The notes under the pieces: generated by a model
The model's database searches: none
What the model saw: only the letters and a program-made list of their open reading frames with translations
What the model was told of the DNA's origin: nothing
From: a virus
Direction: 5' to 3' (one strand)
IMG/VR virus record: IMGVR_UViG_3300013103_000001
Span: 5,424-69,423 of that record
DNA length: 64,000 nt
Position numbers and translations under genes: made by a program
Shown: positions 1-9,951 of the stretch, one piece after another
Numbering within the stretch: position 1 is the stretch's first letter
Layout: each line of letters opens with the position of its first letter

Positions 1-771
1 GACTTGAGCTCCTCTTGCAGCATATATCTGGTTAGACTCAAAGACGAAGCACTGGGCGAGTTGTTTCATCTCTTCGTAAGACTTTCTTCTGAGGTACGGA
101 GCTAAGAAGACTGTGAAGTTATCGTAACCTTGCCCGCCCGAGAATTCGCCCTGGACGATACCAAGCCACTTTGCAGCGTGTAAAACTGCGACCATAGCGT
201 GTTTTGCAGGTGAACTCACAGCAGAGTGCCTCCAGCCTGTTGGAGGCAGCCCATACTTTAAAATGAGCCGGAGGTCCCACTCTTGACAGAACGGCCTGAG
301 GTCAAAATACCTCAGCATGTGGACGTGTATATCTCCTTTAAGGTGTGCATTAGCGTGCTCTTCAGGCATCAACCTGAGGAGAGCGTATTCTTCTGCGATT
401 TTATCAGCGCACCACGAGTGGATAGACTCGGGGTTGTTGTATTGATTCGCGTTTTCTTTAATACCAGTCTCGACTAACTCTTCGTAGTCCATTAAAGGCA
501 TCCCTAACCGAGTATATCTTTTTCTAGCAGCTAACAAACCGTTTTCTGCGAGGACTGAGCAACACAACTCCCTAATTTCGGGACCAGAGAGCCATTTAAT
601 ATCTGAACTAATGATCCTCTGTACTACTTTTTTCGTGACCTCTCTTGCGTTTTTTTCGCTGACTCCAGCTTCAGCTATCAAAGAAGAAGTTATTTTCTCA
701 GGGTCGAAACGCGTGATGTCTCCATTAGTCTCTCTCACTCTCGGGAGAAACTGTTCTAACATTATTGTCAT
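1..771 (-). CDS. nrdD: Anaerobic (class III) ribonucleoside-triphosphate reductase with N-terminal ATP cone; 3' part runs off the window
   Basis: Not in ORF track. Manual translation from ATG 771 (RBS GTGA upstream) is open to position 1: MTIMLEQFLPRVRETNGDITRFDPEKI...YTRLGMP...ENANQYNNPESIH...AHLKGDIHVHMLRYFDLRPFC...PAKHAMVAVLH...QGEFSGGQGYDNFTVFLAPY...KQLAQCFVFESNQ, typical of archaeal NrdD. Confidence 0.93.
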   Translation of the reverse strand, partial: MTIMLEQFLPRVRETNGDITRFDPEKITSSLIAEAGVSEKNAREVTKKVVQRIISSDIKWLSGPEIRELCCSVLAENGLLAARKRYTRLGMPLMDYEELVETGIKENANQYNNPESIHSWCADKIAEEYALLRLMPEEHANAHLKGDIHVHMLRYFDLRPFCQEWDLRLILKYGLPPTGWRHSAVSSPAKHAMVAVLHAAKWLGIVQGEFSGGQGYDNFTVFLAPYLRRKSYEEMKQLAQCFVFESNQIYAARGAQV

Positions 772-1160
772 TTTATCACTTCGAAAATTAAATTAGAAGT
801 AAGGATTACTCCGATCTGGAGAAATAGATACGTCTGAAATGGAAAATAATAGATTATAAAAAGACCTTGAAGTGCGAAGGAAATAAAGTAATACGTAGAC
901 AAAAATATAAAGGTCTCTAAGATTGCTCGGACGATGAAGTTTACGCTCTTTAAGCAGAAATAGCTCACTACATTAGCAACAAACGTTGACCCCATTAAAA
1001 CCGCAATTAAAAGCCCTGATGACTCTGCACTGGTGAAAAAGCTCCCAAAGATCTTTACGTAGACCATCAGGAGCCCACAACGCTCAGTTATGAACATCAA
1101 AATTCCTACAAGCGCTACTTGGAGGAATGCTTCTCCGCACGTTCTCAACACTCTTTTCAT
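768..1160 (-). CDS. Small multi-pass membrane protein
   Basis: About 4 hydrophobic segments. Start moved from 1232 to MKRVLRT (1160) because the upstream part overlaps the previous gene and a T-rich tract. Confidence 0.65.
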   Translation of the reverse strand: MKRVLRTCGEAFLQVALVGILMFITERCGLLMVYVKIFGSFFTSAESSGLLIAVLMGSTFVANVVSYFCLKSVNFIVRAILETFIFLSTYYFISFALQGLFIIYYFPFQTYLFLQIGVILTSNLIFEVIK

Positions 1161-1198
1161 AGTAATAAAAAAAGAGAAAAAAGAAAATATTAATATTT

Positions 1199-4100
1199 TC
1201 ATAAAAGGAAGAGAGCGTCTACTAAGATGCAAGCTAACAGTGCTGCTATTACTGAAAGCCCTAATGCAACGTATATGTTAACAAAGTCCTTCAGCTTTAA
1301 GAAGACATAGAGCGAAAAGCTGACCCCGAGACAAGTTAGACCTAAGTACTCAAGAAACGGTGGGAACACGTTTGGAAAGTCCAAGAAGTCAAACACTAAC
1401 ATAGTACTGAGTAAAGCTATTGAAACTATAAGGACTATTTTTATAAGAGTTTTAACTGACGTAATTTCTAATATTTTAAATTTAGTGATTACTTTTGCTC
1501 CGTAAAATATTCCGAGAAAAATTCCAGCTCCTAAAATAACTCCAAATGTAGGTATAGATAGAGGCTGTAAAGAACTCGGGAAAATATGGTCGTACCCCAT
1601 TAAATAAAGCATGGAGTCTGAAAGAAAAACTGAAGCTACTATTGTTATTATAATAGTGAGGGCTGTCTCATCTAAGTATTGAAGTTCAAATTTAGAACAA
1701 CCTGGAAGTCCCATTAGTTCGCCCAAGATGAACGGTATCACGGCTACAGAAATAAATACACCTGCGACTGCATAGTAAGTGTAGCTCTGGAGTATTATAC
1801 TAGACGCTAACAACGTTAGCCCAGACGCGAGTATAGATTTTTTGAGTTTTAGTTTTTTATATAAGACAGCAGCAACTGCGATAGACACTATAATGGGTAA
1901 GATGTCCAACATAATAACTCCCGTGCCTCTAATAGTGGATAACGTGAAAAATGTCTTATATATAGTTATCGAGATGACTGTATCTTTTTCTAGGTGGACT
2001 GAAGTTTCTTGCGGAGCGTAGAACGGGTACTCTTCTACTTTAATTACGTAGTCTCCTCCTTCCAAGACAAAGGAAGCTTCACCGTTAGTATTTGTAACAG
2101 ACGTGAACGTAGCACTCGAATTTTGTACAATCACAGTGACTCCGCTCGCTCTAACTCTTGTCACATAGACTACAGTTATAGCGAGGACAAATTTTCCTGG
2201 GGTCGGGTTTAAAATAACTCTCTCGATTGTGTTTGAACTCAGTTCTACAGCGCTCGAGATGCTAATATACCCAGGGGCTGAAACAGTATACGAATATGTG
2301 TCGTTATAAAGTTCTATCGAAGCGACTCCGTCCTTATCTGTGAAAATAGTCTCTGATATATTGTGTACTCCGTTCTCTATCGTAATCGAAGCATTTTCGA
2401 CTGAGGTGCCTAAATTAGAAGTGACAAGAAAAGTGAGTTTATAGACGAGAGCATACCACCGTATAGTTGTCTCAATAGAAGCTATGTTACCGTAAGTATC
2501 ATTAGCATAGACTGTAAAGTTATAAGCACCTTCGCTATGAGAAGTGAAATCTGTTGAGAAGAGGAATTCTCCACTAGAACCTACAGAATAAAACGAAGTG
2601 TTCTCACCTATGAGAGAGTTATAAACCCAAGTAAAGCTGATATTATACTCAGTGGACTTGACTTTCCACTCGAGTTCAGCAGTATAGTCTACTGAGAGGT
2701 ACGAGTCATTGACGGCTATCATCGTAAAATCTGGAGGAGTCTCTAAAACTGCCCACGTGATAAGAACATTTTCGTAGGACTCTTGACCGTAAGTGTTATT
2801 AGCGTATAATTTAATGACCTCGCTCCTTGCTTCAGTAGAAGTTAAAACTATGCTGTATCTCCCGATTTGAGCCACAACATCAGTCACAACTGTTGTATTA
2901 TCACCATTAATGTTTCTGTACCACACACTATCTATGTTGAAGTATTTTGTCATCACTGTAAACGTTATATTAGTATAATAGCCGATACCTAAATAACTAT
3001 CGTTAACGAATATATTTTGGACGATAGGCTTATCGTCTGGGACTTCAAAAGTCACTAAAATCGAGGAAATCGCGAGGTTATCGTCTGTGTCGTTAGCATA
3101 AAATATAACATCGTAAGTCCCTCCAGTACCAGAGGTGACGTTGTACGTGAGTCCAACAGTTGTCTTATTGTTTGGTTCTGCTAAGGTTACATTTTGGCCG
3201 AGAGTTTCGTCGTACACCCAGATTTTACTAATGTTATTAGTACCATTTTGGACGACGATATTGACCGTTATATTCTGTCCTATGTTTGCTACAAGACTTT
3301 CTGTATCCCATAAAATTTGAGGGTGGACTTTACTCCCGGTCTCTGACCTATTTACTCTGAAGTCGAGACGAGACGAATTTTCGTTCCCATAGGAGTCTGA
3401 TGCTCTGAGAGTAGCACTCCAATTCCCAGCAGGGAGGCGAGCTATATAATAATAGTGATGAGATACGTTATTTTCAGTTATATCTTGTACAAAAGTCATA
3501 TTGTACGTTGAGCCTACGTCTCCTGTAAAACTCAAGCTGACTGACGCGACTCCTACGTTATCGCTAATAGTAGAGTTAAGAGTTATGTCGCTGCTACTGT
3601 TCAAACTTTCAGGCTCAACCCAGAAGTTATGAATATTCGGGAGTTCTTCGTCTACAGTCCCGTTGACTTGCAGTTCAATATAATCAATAAACCAGTCCCC
3701 AGCTCCAAACCCAAGTGCGAAACTTTCGAGCTTGAACTTGACTCTCTCTTTGTTTTCAAAATAAGAAAGATTTACAGAGTAAGTGTAATTGTACCAAGAC
3801 CATGGGTCTCCATTTGGCATAACGCTAGGAGCAATTAATTCCCAAAAACTAGTCCCAAAATTAAAAATATAAAGTTTCAAAGCTGTGTTTGCATCGTCTT
3901 CTTTTCCATATATTCTAATTGATATTTGAAACACTTGTAAAAACTCTTCGTCGAGAAAAAACTCCCAAAATGAGCGATGGTCGTTAAGCTTTTCTTTCAA
4001 GTCTACATACGCGCCGTCTATTTCCCTCACATTTGAGACGTTGTTGTAATTCGGAGAGCCGGAAAAGAACACGCTACCAATTGAAGTCGGATAAATGTAG

Positions 4101-4243
4101 TCTATCTCTTCGGTGGAAGTGTAAGAGAGAGGAGATATTTTAACGCATGAGTTGATTTTTTTAGGGTGTACCTCTTGGCTTATTGGGACTGTGACCGCGA
4201 GGAGGAGAGCAAAAAATAAGACTATATACTTTTTTTGAATCAT
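1199..4243 (-). CDS. Exported surface glycoprotein: signal peptide, jelly-roll-like domain, Ig-like/carboxypeptidase-regulatory-like repeats, C-terminal multi-TM domain
   Basis: N-terminal signal-like MIQKKYIVLFFALLLAV; repeated Ig-like motifs (SDNVGV, ASDSYGN, YANDTDDN, YANNTYG, YANDTYGN, TDKDGVA, TNTNGEA); many NxS/T sequons; about 8 TM helices at the C-terminus. Confidence 0.8.
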   Translation of the reverse strand: MIQKKYIVLFFALLLAVTVPISQEVHPKKINSCVKISPLSYTSTEEIDYIYPTSIGSVFFSGSPNYNNVSNVREIDGAYVDLKEKLNDHRSFWEFFLDEEFLQVFQISIRIYGKEDDANTALKLYIFNFGTSFWELIAPSVMPNGDPWSWYNYTYSVNLSYFENKERVKFKLESFALGFGAGDWFIDYIELQVNGTVDEELPNIHNFWVEPESLNSSSDITLNSTISDNVGVASVSLSFTGDVGSTYNMTFVQDITENNVSHHYYYIARLPAGNWSATLRASDSYGNENSSRLDFRVNRSETGSKVHPQILWDTESLVANIGQNITVNIVVQNGTNNISKIWVYDETLGQNVTLAEPNNKTTVGLTYNVTSGTGGTYDVIFYANDTDDNLAISSILVTFEVPDDKPIVQNIFVNDSYLGIGYYTNITFTVMTKYFNIDSVWYRNINGDNTTVVTDVVAQIGRYSIVLTSTEARSEVIKLYANNTYGQESYENVLITWAVLETPPDFTMIAVNDSYLSVDYTAELEWKVKSTEYNISFTWVYNSLIGENTSFYSVGSSGEFLFSTDFTSHSEGAYNFTVYANDTYGNIASIETTIRWYALVYKLTFLVTSNLGTSVENASITIENGVHNISETIFTDKDGVASIELYNDTYSYTVSAPGYISISSAVELSSNTIERVILNPTPGKFVLAITVVYVTRVRASGVTVIVQNSSATFTSVTNTNGEASFVLEGGDYVIKVEEYPFYAPQETSVHLEKDTVISITIYKTFFTLSTIRGTGVIMLDILPIIVSIAVAAVLYKKLKLKKSILASGLTLLASSIILQSYTYYAVAGVFISVAVIPFILGELMGLPGCSKFELQYLDETALTIIITIVASVFLSDSMLYLMGYDHIFPSSLQPLSIPTFGVILGAGIFLGIFYGAKVITKFKILEITSVKTLIKIVLIVSIALLSTMLVFDFLDFPNVFPPFLEYLGLTCLGVSFSLYVFLKLKDFVNIYVALGLSVIAALLACILVDALFLL

Positions 4244-4274
4244 AATTAAAAATAACGAAAAAAGATATAAAAAA

Positions 4275-5579
4275 CTATCTCCGGAAGCACTTAAAGACAG
4301 GGAACCGTAGCGACTTTGCGCGCGTCTTTCGGTCGATCGAAACTTCTTGAAACTTTACTGTCGCTATCTTTGGGAGGGACCCTCGGTTATACATATCCCA
4401 ATATGACTTTCTCTCTTCGTCTGTGAACCCAGAACCGACAGAAACTCGGTCGCCACTAAAATCTATGATTAAAGCTCCGAGCATTCCTTTATATTTTCCT
4501 GACCCTTCGACAGCTCCTATGACGCTGAACTCAGCGTCTTTGAACTTCTTAAACTTGAGGAGGTTTTTTGTCCTCTTCCCTTCATAAACAGCGTCTCCAT
4601 TCCTCAACATCAAGCCTTCCCACCCTAGAGAGTCAGCGATTTCTATTTCCTCTAATAAGTCTCTGTAAGAACGGACTTTTCTCATCTCTAAGACTTTGAT
4701 GTATTTACAGCGTTTCAAATTGGGGGCAAGGCTTGAAAGACGGGTGTAGACTTTCTCATATTTTTCTGTCCCAATCCCTGATTTGAACGCTTGGAGAGGG
4801 ATGATATCGAAGATGAAGAATAGAGGGTTTGGTATCGTGTGGTCTTTGCGACGGTGCTCGCTGATAATGGCTTTGAAGTCTTCTGTACCGTCTTTTTGGA
4901 CGATACAGACTTCTCCGTCGAAGACTACGTCGTTGAGCGGGAGTTTTTTAATGTCTTCTTTGATCTTGTCCATCGTGAAATACTCTTTCCCGTTGCGAGA
5001 GAACACTCTCACGGTGTTCTCTTCTTTGACTGCAATCGCTCGGACTCCGTCGAGTTTGCGAGAGACGTACGTTTTTTGAAATGGTAGTTGCTGAGTTGTA
5101 GGGTCGTATTCATGTGCTAGGGCGCACGAGAAGGTAGGTATTTTTTTCTTTAAAACTTTGTTGAGAGTTTTTATACCAATCCCGGCTTTTAAGTTGCGGT
5201 CTAAGATGTTGAGCATCTCAATAGCATCAGGCTTAGGGAACTTGTTCACGTAAGTCTCGACTAATGATATTGCAGCGTTCCCAGTGACTCGCCGTTTCCT
5301 GAGCTCGTCGAGGACAGTGTGACAGAACTGGACAAAGTCGTTGTCTGAAGCTCTGCAGCGAGCCTTCTTATCTTTTTTCAAGAACATGTCTATAGTGAAC
5401 GTGTAGGGCTTTAAAGCGACGTTCTTTGACGTGACAGAATAAGTGTAGTACGGGTTAAATGTATAGAAAAAAACCTCCTCGAGAGCTGGGTTGAGAGCTT
5501 TTATGAGTATAGAGACTTTTTCGTTCTTCGAGTTTGTCGCCCTTAATTTTTTGAGGGTAGAAACAAACTTCGAGCTCAT
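4275..5579 (-). CDS. lig: ATP-dependent DNA ligase
   Basis: Motif I KLDGVR, SRNGK, FDGE, FDI, EGLMLR, LLKFK, VGSGF, SLRFPVF. Confidence 0.95.
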   Translation of the reverse strand: MSSKFVSTLKKLRATNSKNEKVSILIKALNPALEEVFFYTFNPYYTYSVTSKNVALKPYTFTIDMFLKKDKKARCRASDNDFVQFCHTVLDELRKRRVTGNAAISLVETYVNKFPKPDAIEMLNILDRNLKAGIGIKTLNKVLKKKIPTFSCALAHEYDPTTQQLPFQKTYVSRKLDGVRAIAVKEENTVRVFSRNGKEYFTMDKIKEDIKKLPLNDVVFDGEVCIVQKDGTEDFKAIISEHRRKDHTIPNPLFFIFDIIPLQAFKSGIGTEKYEKVYTRLSSLAPNLKRCKYIKVLEMRKVRSYRDLLEEIEIADSLGWEGLMLRNGDAVYEGKRTKNLLKFKKFKDAEFSVIGAVEGSGKYKGMLGALIIDFSGDRVSVGSGFTDEERKSYWDMYNRGSLPKIATVKFQEVSIDRKTRAKSLRFPVFKCFRR

Positions 5580-5764
5580 TCGACCACCTTATATTTCACT
5601 TGCCCTTCTTCTGCGAAGGCTTCAATTTGCTTCCAAGACATCAGCGAGTTCAAGACTCTCCTTACTAAGAGTTTTTCTTCGTCTCCCAGAGCGTCTAAAA
5701 GCTCTCTAAAAGATAACGGCTTGTCGGCTAGTAAAAAGAGGACTTTATCTTTTATTTCATGAAT
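5576..5764 (-). CDS. Unannotated ~60-aa winged helix-turn-helix-like protein with non-canonical start (ATT 5764 or ATA 5755)
   Basis: Open frame IHEIKDKVLFLLADKPLSFRELLDALGDEEKLLVRRVLNSLMSWKQIEAFAEEGQVKYKVVE* fills the helicase-ligase gap; its TGA overlaps the ligase ATG (ATGA). Confidence 0.6.
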   Translation of the reverse strand: MHEIKDKVLFLLADKPLSFRELLDALGDEEKLLVRRVLNSLMSWKQIEAFAEEGQVKYKVVE

Positions 5765-7557
5765 TTTCTACCACCTTCTTTTATTTTTCTTTCAGTTTTT
5801 TCTCCTACTCCTAGGACTTTTTTGAGGTCTGCTGAGAGGAGGTCTCGGACAGAGAGGACTTTAGCTTTGATTAACTTCTCAGCGTAAACTTTCCCGACCC
5901 CAGGGACTTTTAAGAGGTCTGCTCGAGTCTCGTCGAGAGTCTCATATTTTACCAAGAGTTGGAGCCTAGAGAGGCTAGAAGAGAGTTTTCTATCATTTAA
6001 AATTGCAGCAGCTGCTCTTAGATGACGAGCTGCTTGTTCTTTAACCTTGAGCTTATCTTCTGATAGTGCAAATGAAGAGTTGAAGATTATTGAGAACGCT
6101 TTTAGTACTCTTTCGTCTGTTTGGGGAGGCAAGAATTTTCTAGCAGCATCAATAACTTGTAAGTCTCCAGGCCTTATTGCCAAAGCCTCCATGAATTCGT
6201 TAGACTGGAGGAAATAAGAAAAGAGCCAAAAAACTGACTTTAGAGGAGAAGCTCTGTATTTTTCGTAAGCAGGTTCGAAGCACGTCGAGACAGTCTCTGG
6301 AGACACGTAGAGCAGAGCTGTGAGGTTGCCTTTGTGAGTTGGGTTGAAATAGCCAGACTTAGAAACTCGGACAAAGTCGTTAGAAATGAGATAGAGTAAA
6401 GCGTCCTCTAAGTCTTTTGTAGTGATTGTCGAGCAAAAGAGCTTGTCTTTAACTGCATACATGTCTTCTTCTGTAAATATAAATTCGCTCACTACCCACT
6501 CGAGGACGAGCTCTGGGAGGACTCTTGGAGTTATTTGCGAGTGGACTTCGAACTTCGAAGTAAGAGTCTTCTTAACTGTGTTGATATCTTTTTTGCTGCA
6601 TATTATGTGAGCGAAGCCTTCTTTGTCAAACTGCGGGCGGCCTGCTCTCCCGATTAACTGGTAGAGTTCGTCTACAGGGAGGAACTCTTTATTAGAAACG
6701 AGTTGGTTAAACCTCTTGACGTCAAAGACTACAACGTGCTTAGCAGGGAGGTTAATTCCGTAAGCGAGCGTAGTAGTAGAGAAGAGGACTTTTATCTTCC
6801 CTGAGAGGAACGCCTGCTCGACAGCAGCTCTCGTGTCTGACGAAAGGCCGGCGTGGTGGTGACCTGAAAGTTTGAAGATTTTTGAAAGCCTCGCGGTCTT
6901 AGAACGAGAAGAACAAAATACGAGGAACTGGTCATTTGGAAATTCTGAAAAAAGCTTTTTGAGCACTCTGATTTTATCGTCAAATTCAGCTGTCCCTTTT
7001 CGTACATAAGACCTGATGTCTATTTCTAGAGGCACGGGCCTTTTTTTAGAAATAATACACTCTCCACCAAGCCATTTTGCGACCTCTTCTGGGTTAGAGA
7101 TCGTCGCAGAAAGACAAATAACTTTGACATGAGGGAGGAGCTCTCGAGTCTTTAAAATCGCGGACTCTAGCCTATAACCACGAGAAGATGAGATCTGGTG
7201 GACCTCATCTACTACAAGATATTGTACTTGCTCCAAGATTTTTCTCCTTTTTGGGGACCTGAGAAAAGAATCGTAGCGTTCATAAGTAGTGATTATTACG
7301 TCCCAAGGTTTAAGGTACTTTCTTACGCTGACTTTAGCGTCTCCTGTGTCGAGCACCGTCTTGAAATTTTTAGTGAAGTTTTTATATTGTTCGCTAGAAA
7401 GAGCCCTGAGTGGGCCGATGATAATCGTCCTACCCTTTTCAGCCGCAAATGTTGCAACAAGGGTTTTTCCAGCTCCTGTTGGGGCAGAAATAACGAGACT
7501 TTTTACTTGCTTGTCGATCTTATCTTTTGCTTCTATTTGAAATTTTCTTAACTTCAT
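5752..7557 (-). CDS. Hel308/Ski2-like SF2 helicase with C-terminal HhH
   Basis: APTGAGKT, PLRAL, TYE, DEVH, SAT, HHAGL, TTTLAYGINLPA, QLIGRAGRP; C-terminal VPGVGK/VLGVGEK HhH. Confidence 0.93.
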   Translation of the reverse strand: MKLRKFQIEAKDKIDKQVKSLVISAPTGAGKTLVATFAAEKGRTIIIGPLRALSSEQYKNFTKNFKTVLDTGDAKVSVRKYLKPWDVIITTYERYDSFLRSPKRRKILEQVQYLVVDEVHQISSSRGYRLESAILKTRELLPHVKVICLSATISNPEEVAKWLGGECIISKKRPVPLEIDIRSYVRKGTAEFDDKIRVLKKLFSEFPNDQFLVFCSSRSKTARLSKIFKLSGHHHAGLSSDTRAAVEQAFLSGKIKVLFSTTTLAYGINLPAKHVVVFDVKRFNQLVSNKEFLPVDELYQLIGRAGRPQFDKEGFAHIICSKKDINTVKKTLTSKFEVHSQITPRVLPELVLEWVVSEFIFTEEDMYAVKDKLFCSTITTKDLEDALLYLISNDFVRVSKSGYFNPTHKGNLTALLYVSPETVSTCFEPAYEKYRASPLKSVFWLFSYFLQSNEFMEALAIRPGDLQVIDAARKFLPPQTDERVLKAFSIIFNSSFALSEDKLKVKEQAARHLRAAAAILNDRKLSSSLSRLQLLVKYETLDETRADLLKVPGVGKVYAEKLIKAKVLSVRDLLSADLKKVLGVGEKTERKIKEGGRKFMK

Positions 7558-8072
7558 TTTTTGTCACCAGAATATAATTGTTTAAGGGTCTTGTTTATGT
7601 TTGCCCTTAATTTAATTAAAAAAAGGACCCTGTGGTCTGTACACAGCCCTGAACCCCAGCCTGGGATATTAGACGCTGGAAGTTCACAAAGGCGGCATCG
7701 TGATTTTTTAACAACAACTATATCTTTCCCTGAGTTAAATAAGTCGACTAAGTCTTCTGGGAGAGAAATTGAGTTGAACGAGATAATCGTATCGAGCATT
7801 GAAGCTAACTCTTCGTTCTTAAATTTGTAAATCGCGAGGAGTCTTAGTTTTTCGAGCTCACTATAAGGGTTAAAAAAAAGAATAGAAGATTCATAAGCAG
7901 TTACTGGTGTTTTAGTGTGAAAAGAAGCTTTTTGGTAATGAGGGAAGATAGGGCACTTCGTGTGGAGGTCTGTAAGACACGTATTTTTGACATATTCGTC
8001 TTTCCCAGTTTTTGGGAGGAAACAAATGTCTATATATTTACATTTTGACGACTTTCTCACCTCCGCAAACAA
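7554..8072 (-). CDS. Hypothetical protein with Cys/His clusters (possible Zn binding)
   Basis: CKYIDIC...C...HTKC and CRLC...CTDH; coupled to the helicase. Start uncertain. Confidence 0.6.
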   Translation of the reverse strand: MFAEVRKSSKCKYIDICFLPKTGKDEYVKNTCLTDLHTKCPIFPHYQKASFHTKTPVTAYESSILFFNPYSELEKLRLLAIYKFKNEELASMLDTIISFNSISLPEDLVDLFNSGKDIVVVKKSRCRLCELPASNIPGWGSGLCTDHRVLFLIKLRANINKTLKQLYSGDKK

Positions 8073-9057
8073 TCGCGTTTATAAAGTCGACGTCCCAAGA
8101 CGCTGCTCTTGCTGCGACTGTCTGGAGTTCTTCTCTCTCGACTGGGTCTTCAGACGCGATCGATATTTCTTTTACGACATCCCAAAGAGAACTGAGTTCT
8201 TTGTCTGCCAAAAACTTTTTTGGGAGCTTGAAGAACTTCCTAAAATCTTCGACGAACTTTTTTTCGTCTTCGATCTCGATCTCTTTCGCTCTTGTAATAG
8301 ATTCGACGAGTCGTCGGGACACTTTGCGGCAGTTCTCTATCGCTCCTTTCACATAAAGCGAAAGTAAGCTCTTCCACTTTTCAGTGTCTTTCATATAATG
8401 AGTCCTCCTAAAGAAAGAGAACTCGTTTTGAATTTGCTCTATCAGCCCGATGTGTTTGTTATCACCAGTGAGAATGTGTACGTACCCTTTAAGTTTTATA
8501 CTAGAAAGGCCAGCGTTTGAAGTTATTAAATAAAGCCCTGTTGTCGCTTCATCTCCGTCAATCTGGACTTTTGTCTCTGGGAAGAGAAATTCATAAGAAC
8601 ACCTTTCCAGAGAAAAAACTCGGACTTTGGGAGTCACCGGGCCGTTTATATTTTTTTCTACTATCTCGAGGATCTCGTTATCTTTAAGATAGGAGAAATT
8701 TGGGCTCACTATCCTCCAAAGTTTTGGTTTCGATTTATCGAAGTCTATTGTACTAATTTTTAGGTCTCTCTTCCTCTCGTGGAGCAAGTGGAGGACGAGT
8801 TCTTGGAGGTCGTCCTCGTTGAAAAAAGTTGACGGGACTGTAGAGCACAAATATTTAAAAAAACTTAACGGCATTTTGAGTTTCCTCAAGAACTGTTCTT
8901 TGAGGTACCCAGTAAGTTCATGTTCCTGGCCCTCAAATTGTATTTCGAGTTCGAAGTTGTTTTTTAGCTTAACACTTAGCTCCTTTGGGGCAATTATATA
9001 GTCGTGGACTTCGGCTTCTTCCCAGAGTCTTTTAGCTTTGCTGTAGTTCGTCTTCAT
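8038..9057 (-). CDS. DUF932-like phage/plasmid protein
   Basis: IVSPNFSYLKDNEILE and GLYLITSNAGLSSIKLKGYVHIL resemble DUF932 motifs; start at MKTNYS with GGAGG RBS. Confidence 0.6.
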   Translation of the reverse strand: MKTNYSKAKRLWEEAEVHDYIIAPKELSVKLKNNFELEIQFEGQEHELTGYLKEQFLRKLKMPLSFFKYLCSTVPSTFFNEDDLQELVLHLLHERKRDLKISTIDFDKSKPKLWRIVSPNFSYLKDNEILEIVEKNINGPVTPKVRVFSLERCSYEFLFPETKVQIDGDEATTGLYLITSNAGLSSIKLKGYVHILTGDNKHIGLIEQIQNEFSFFRRTHYMKDTEKWKSLLSLYVKGAIENCRKVSRRLVESITRAKEIEIEDEKKFVEDFRKFFKLPKKFLADKELSSLWDVVKEISIASEDPVEREELQTVAARAASWDVDFINAIVCGGEKVVKM

Positions 9058-9337
9058 CGTCCTCCTTTGTCTTTTTTTCACTTTCATCGAAAAAAGGCAA
9101 GAACTTATTCAAAAACAATTGAAATTTGCAGATTTTCTTCCTGTGGTTATACTCATATTGATAACCTGAGACGTTCTTTTTCGAAATAACAAAGACTTTA
9201 TATAGCTTTTCTTCGCCTTCTTGGAGTTTATAGAGCTCTAGCTTCATAAACTCTTCGTCGAGTTCGTCTATTGCAATCTTTTTGTTTGTATATGTCTTAG
9301 AAAAAACTTTATCAGGAGTGTAAATAACTAACTTCAT
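9032..9337 (-). CDS. Hypothetical protein, acidic C-terminus
   Basis: Likely start MKLVIYTP (9337) downstream of a TATA-like TTTATATA; the longer track ORF runs through regulatory repeats. Confidence 0.6.
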   Translation of the reverse strand: MKLVIYTPDKVFSKTYTNKKIAIDELDEEFMKLELYKLQEGEEKLYKVFVISKKNVSGYQYEYNHRKKICKFQLFLNKFLPFFDESEKKTKEDDEDELQQS

Positions 9338-9410
9338 ATGTATAAATATATGAGAAAAAGAATATATAAATATATCTTCTCTGCAGGGAACTATTTTGAG
9401 CGAGACAAAG

Positions 9411-9521
9411 TGTTCAAAAAAGGTTACCTCGACTGTCTCTCGAGGAGCCGGAAAGGAAGAGAGTTTTGAGCTCTTTCGGAGCGACTCCCGAGAGTGTTCA
9501 AAAAGAAGTCTTTTTTGAACA
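9411..9521. promoter_or_regulatory. TGTTCAAAAA motif cluster, including an inverted pair
   Basis: TGTTCAAAAA at 9411-9420 and 9495-9504; TTTTTGAACA at 9512-9521. Confidence 0.7.
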
Positions 9522-9700
9522 ATAAAGAGGAAGAAAAGAGAAGTCTGTAATATAAGGAGAGCGCTTAAAAGGTCCAAAAGCAAGAATTACAAAAATAACA
9601 ATCAAAGTCCGCGTTCAAAAAAAAAAATGAGTTGATGAAAAATAATGGCTAAATTCCTTTATACACAAGTCTCTTTTACTAAGCCTCAGAGAAAGCCTAT

Positions 9701-9949
9701 TTATATGTATATCAATATACTCGCATACCAGACTCCTTTTTCGTTCTTATTGAACTCCCATTGGTCTTTGTTCTTTTGTCTTGGACTTGTAAGTTGAGAC
9801 AAGACTTCTCCTAAGTCGTTCACGTCTAGCTCGACTAACGTGTTCCCGCTGTAAGTGTGTTCTCGCGGTCTTGCATTTGAGACTACTAAAAACCCGCGGC
9901 CTGTTGGCGTTTCTGAGACGTACACCCATATTTTTGTCGTGGCTACCAC
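9701..9949 (-). CDS. Hypothetical protein
   Basis: 82-aa ORF coupled to the upstream gene; no recognised motif. Confidence 0.55.
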   Translation of the reverse strand: MVATTKIWVYVSETPTGRGFLVVSNARPREHTYSGNTLVELDVNDLGEVLSQLTSPRQKNKDQWEFNKNEKGVWYASILIYI

Positions 9950-9951
9950 CT

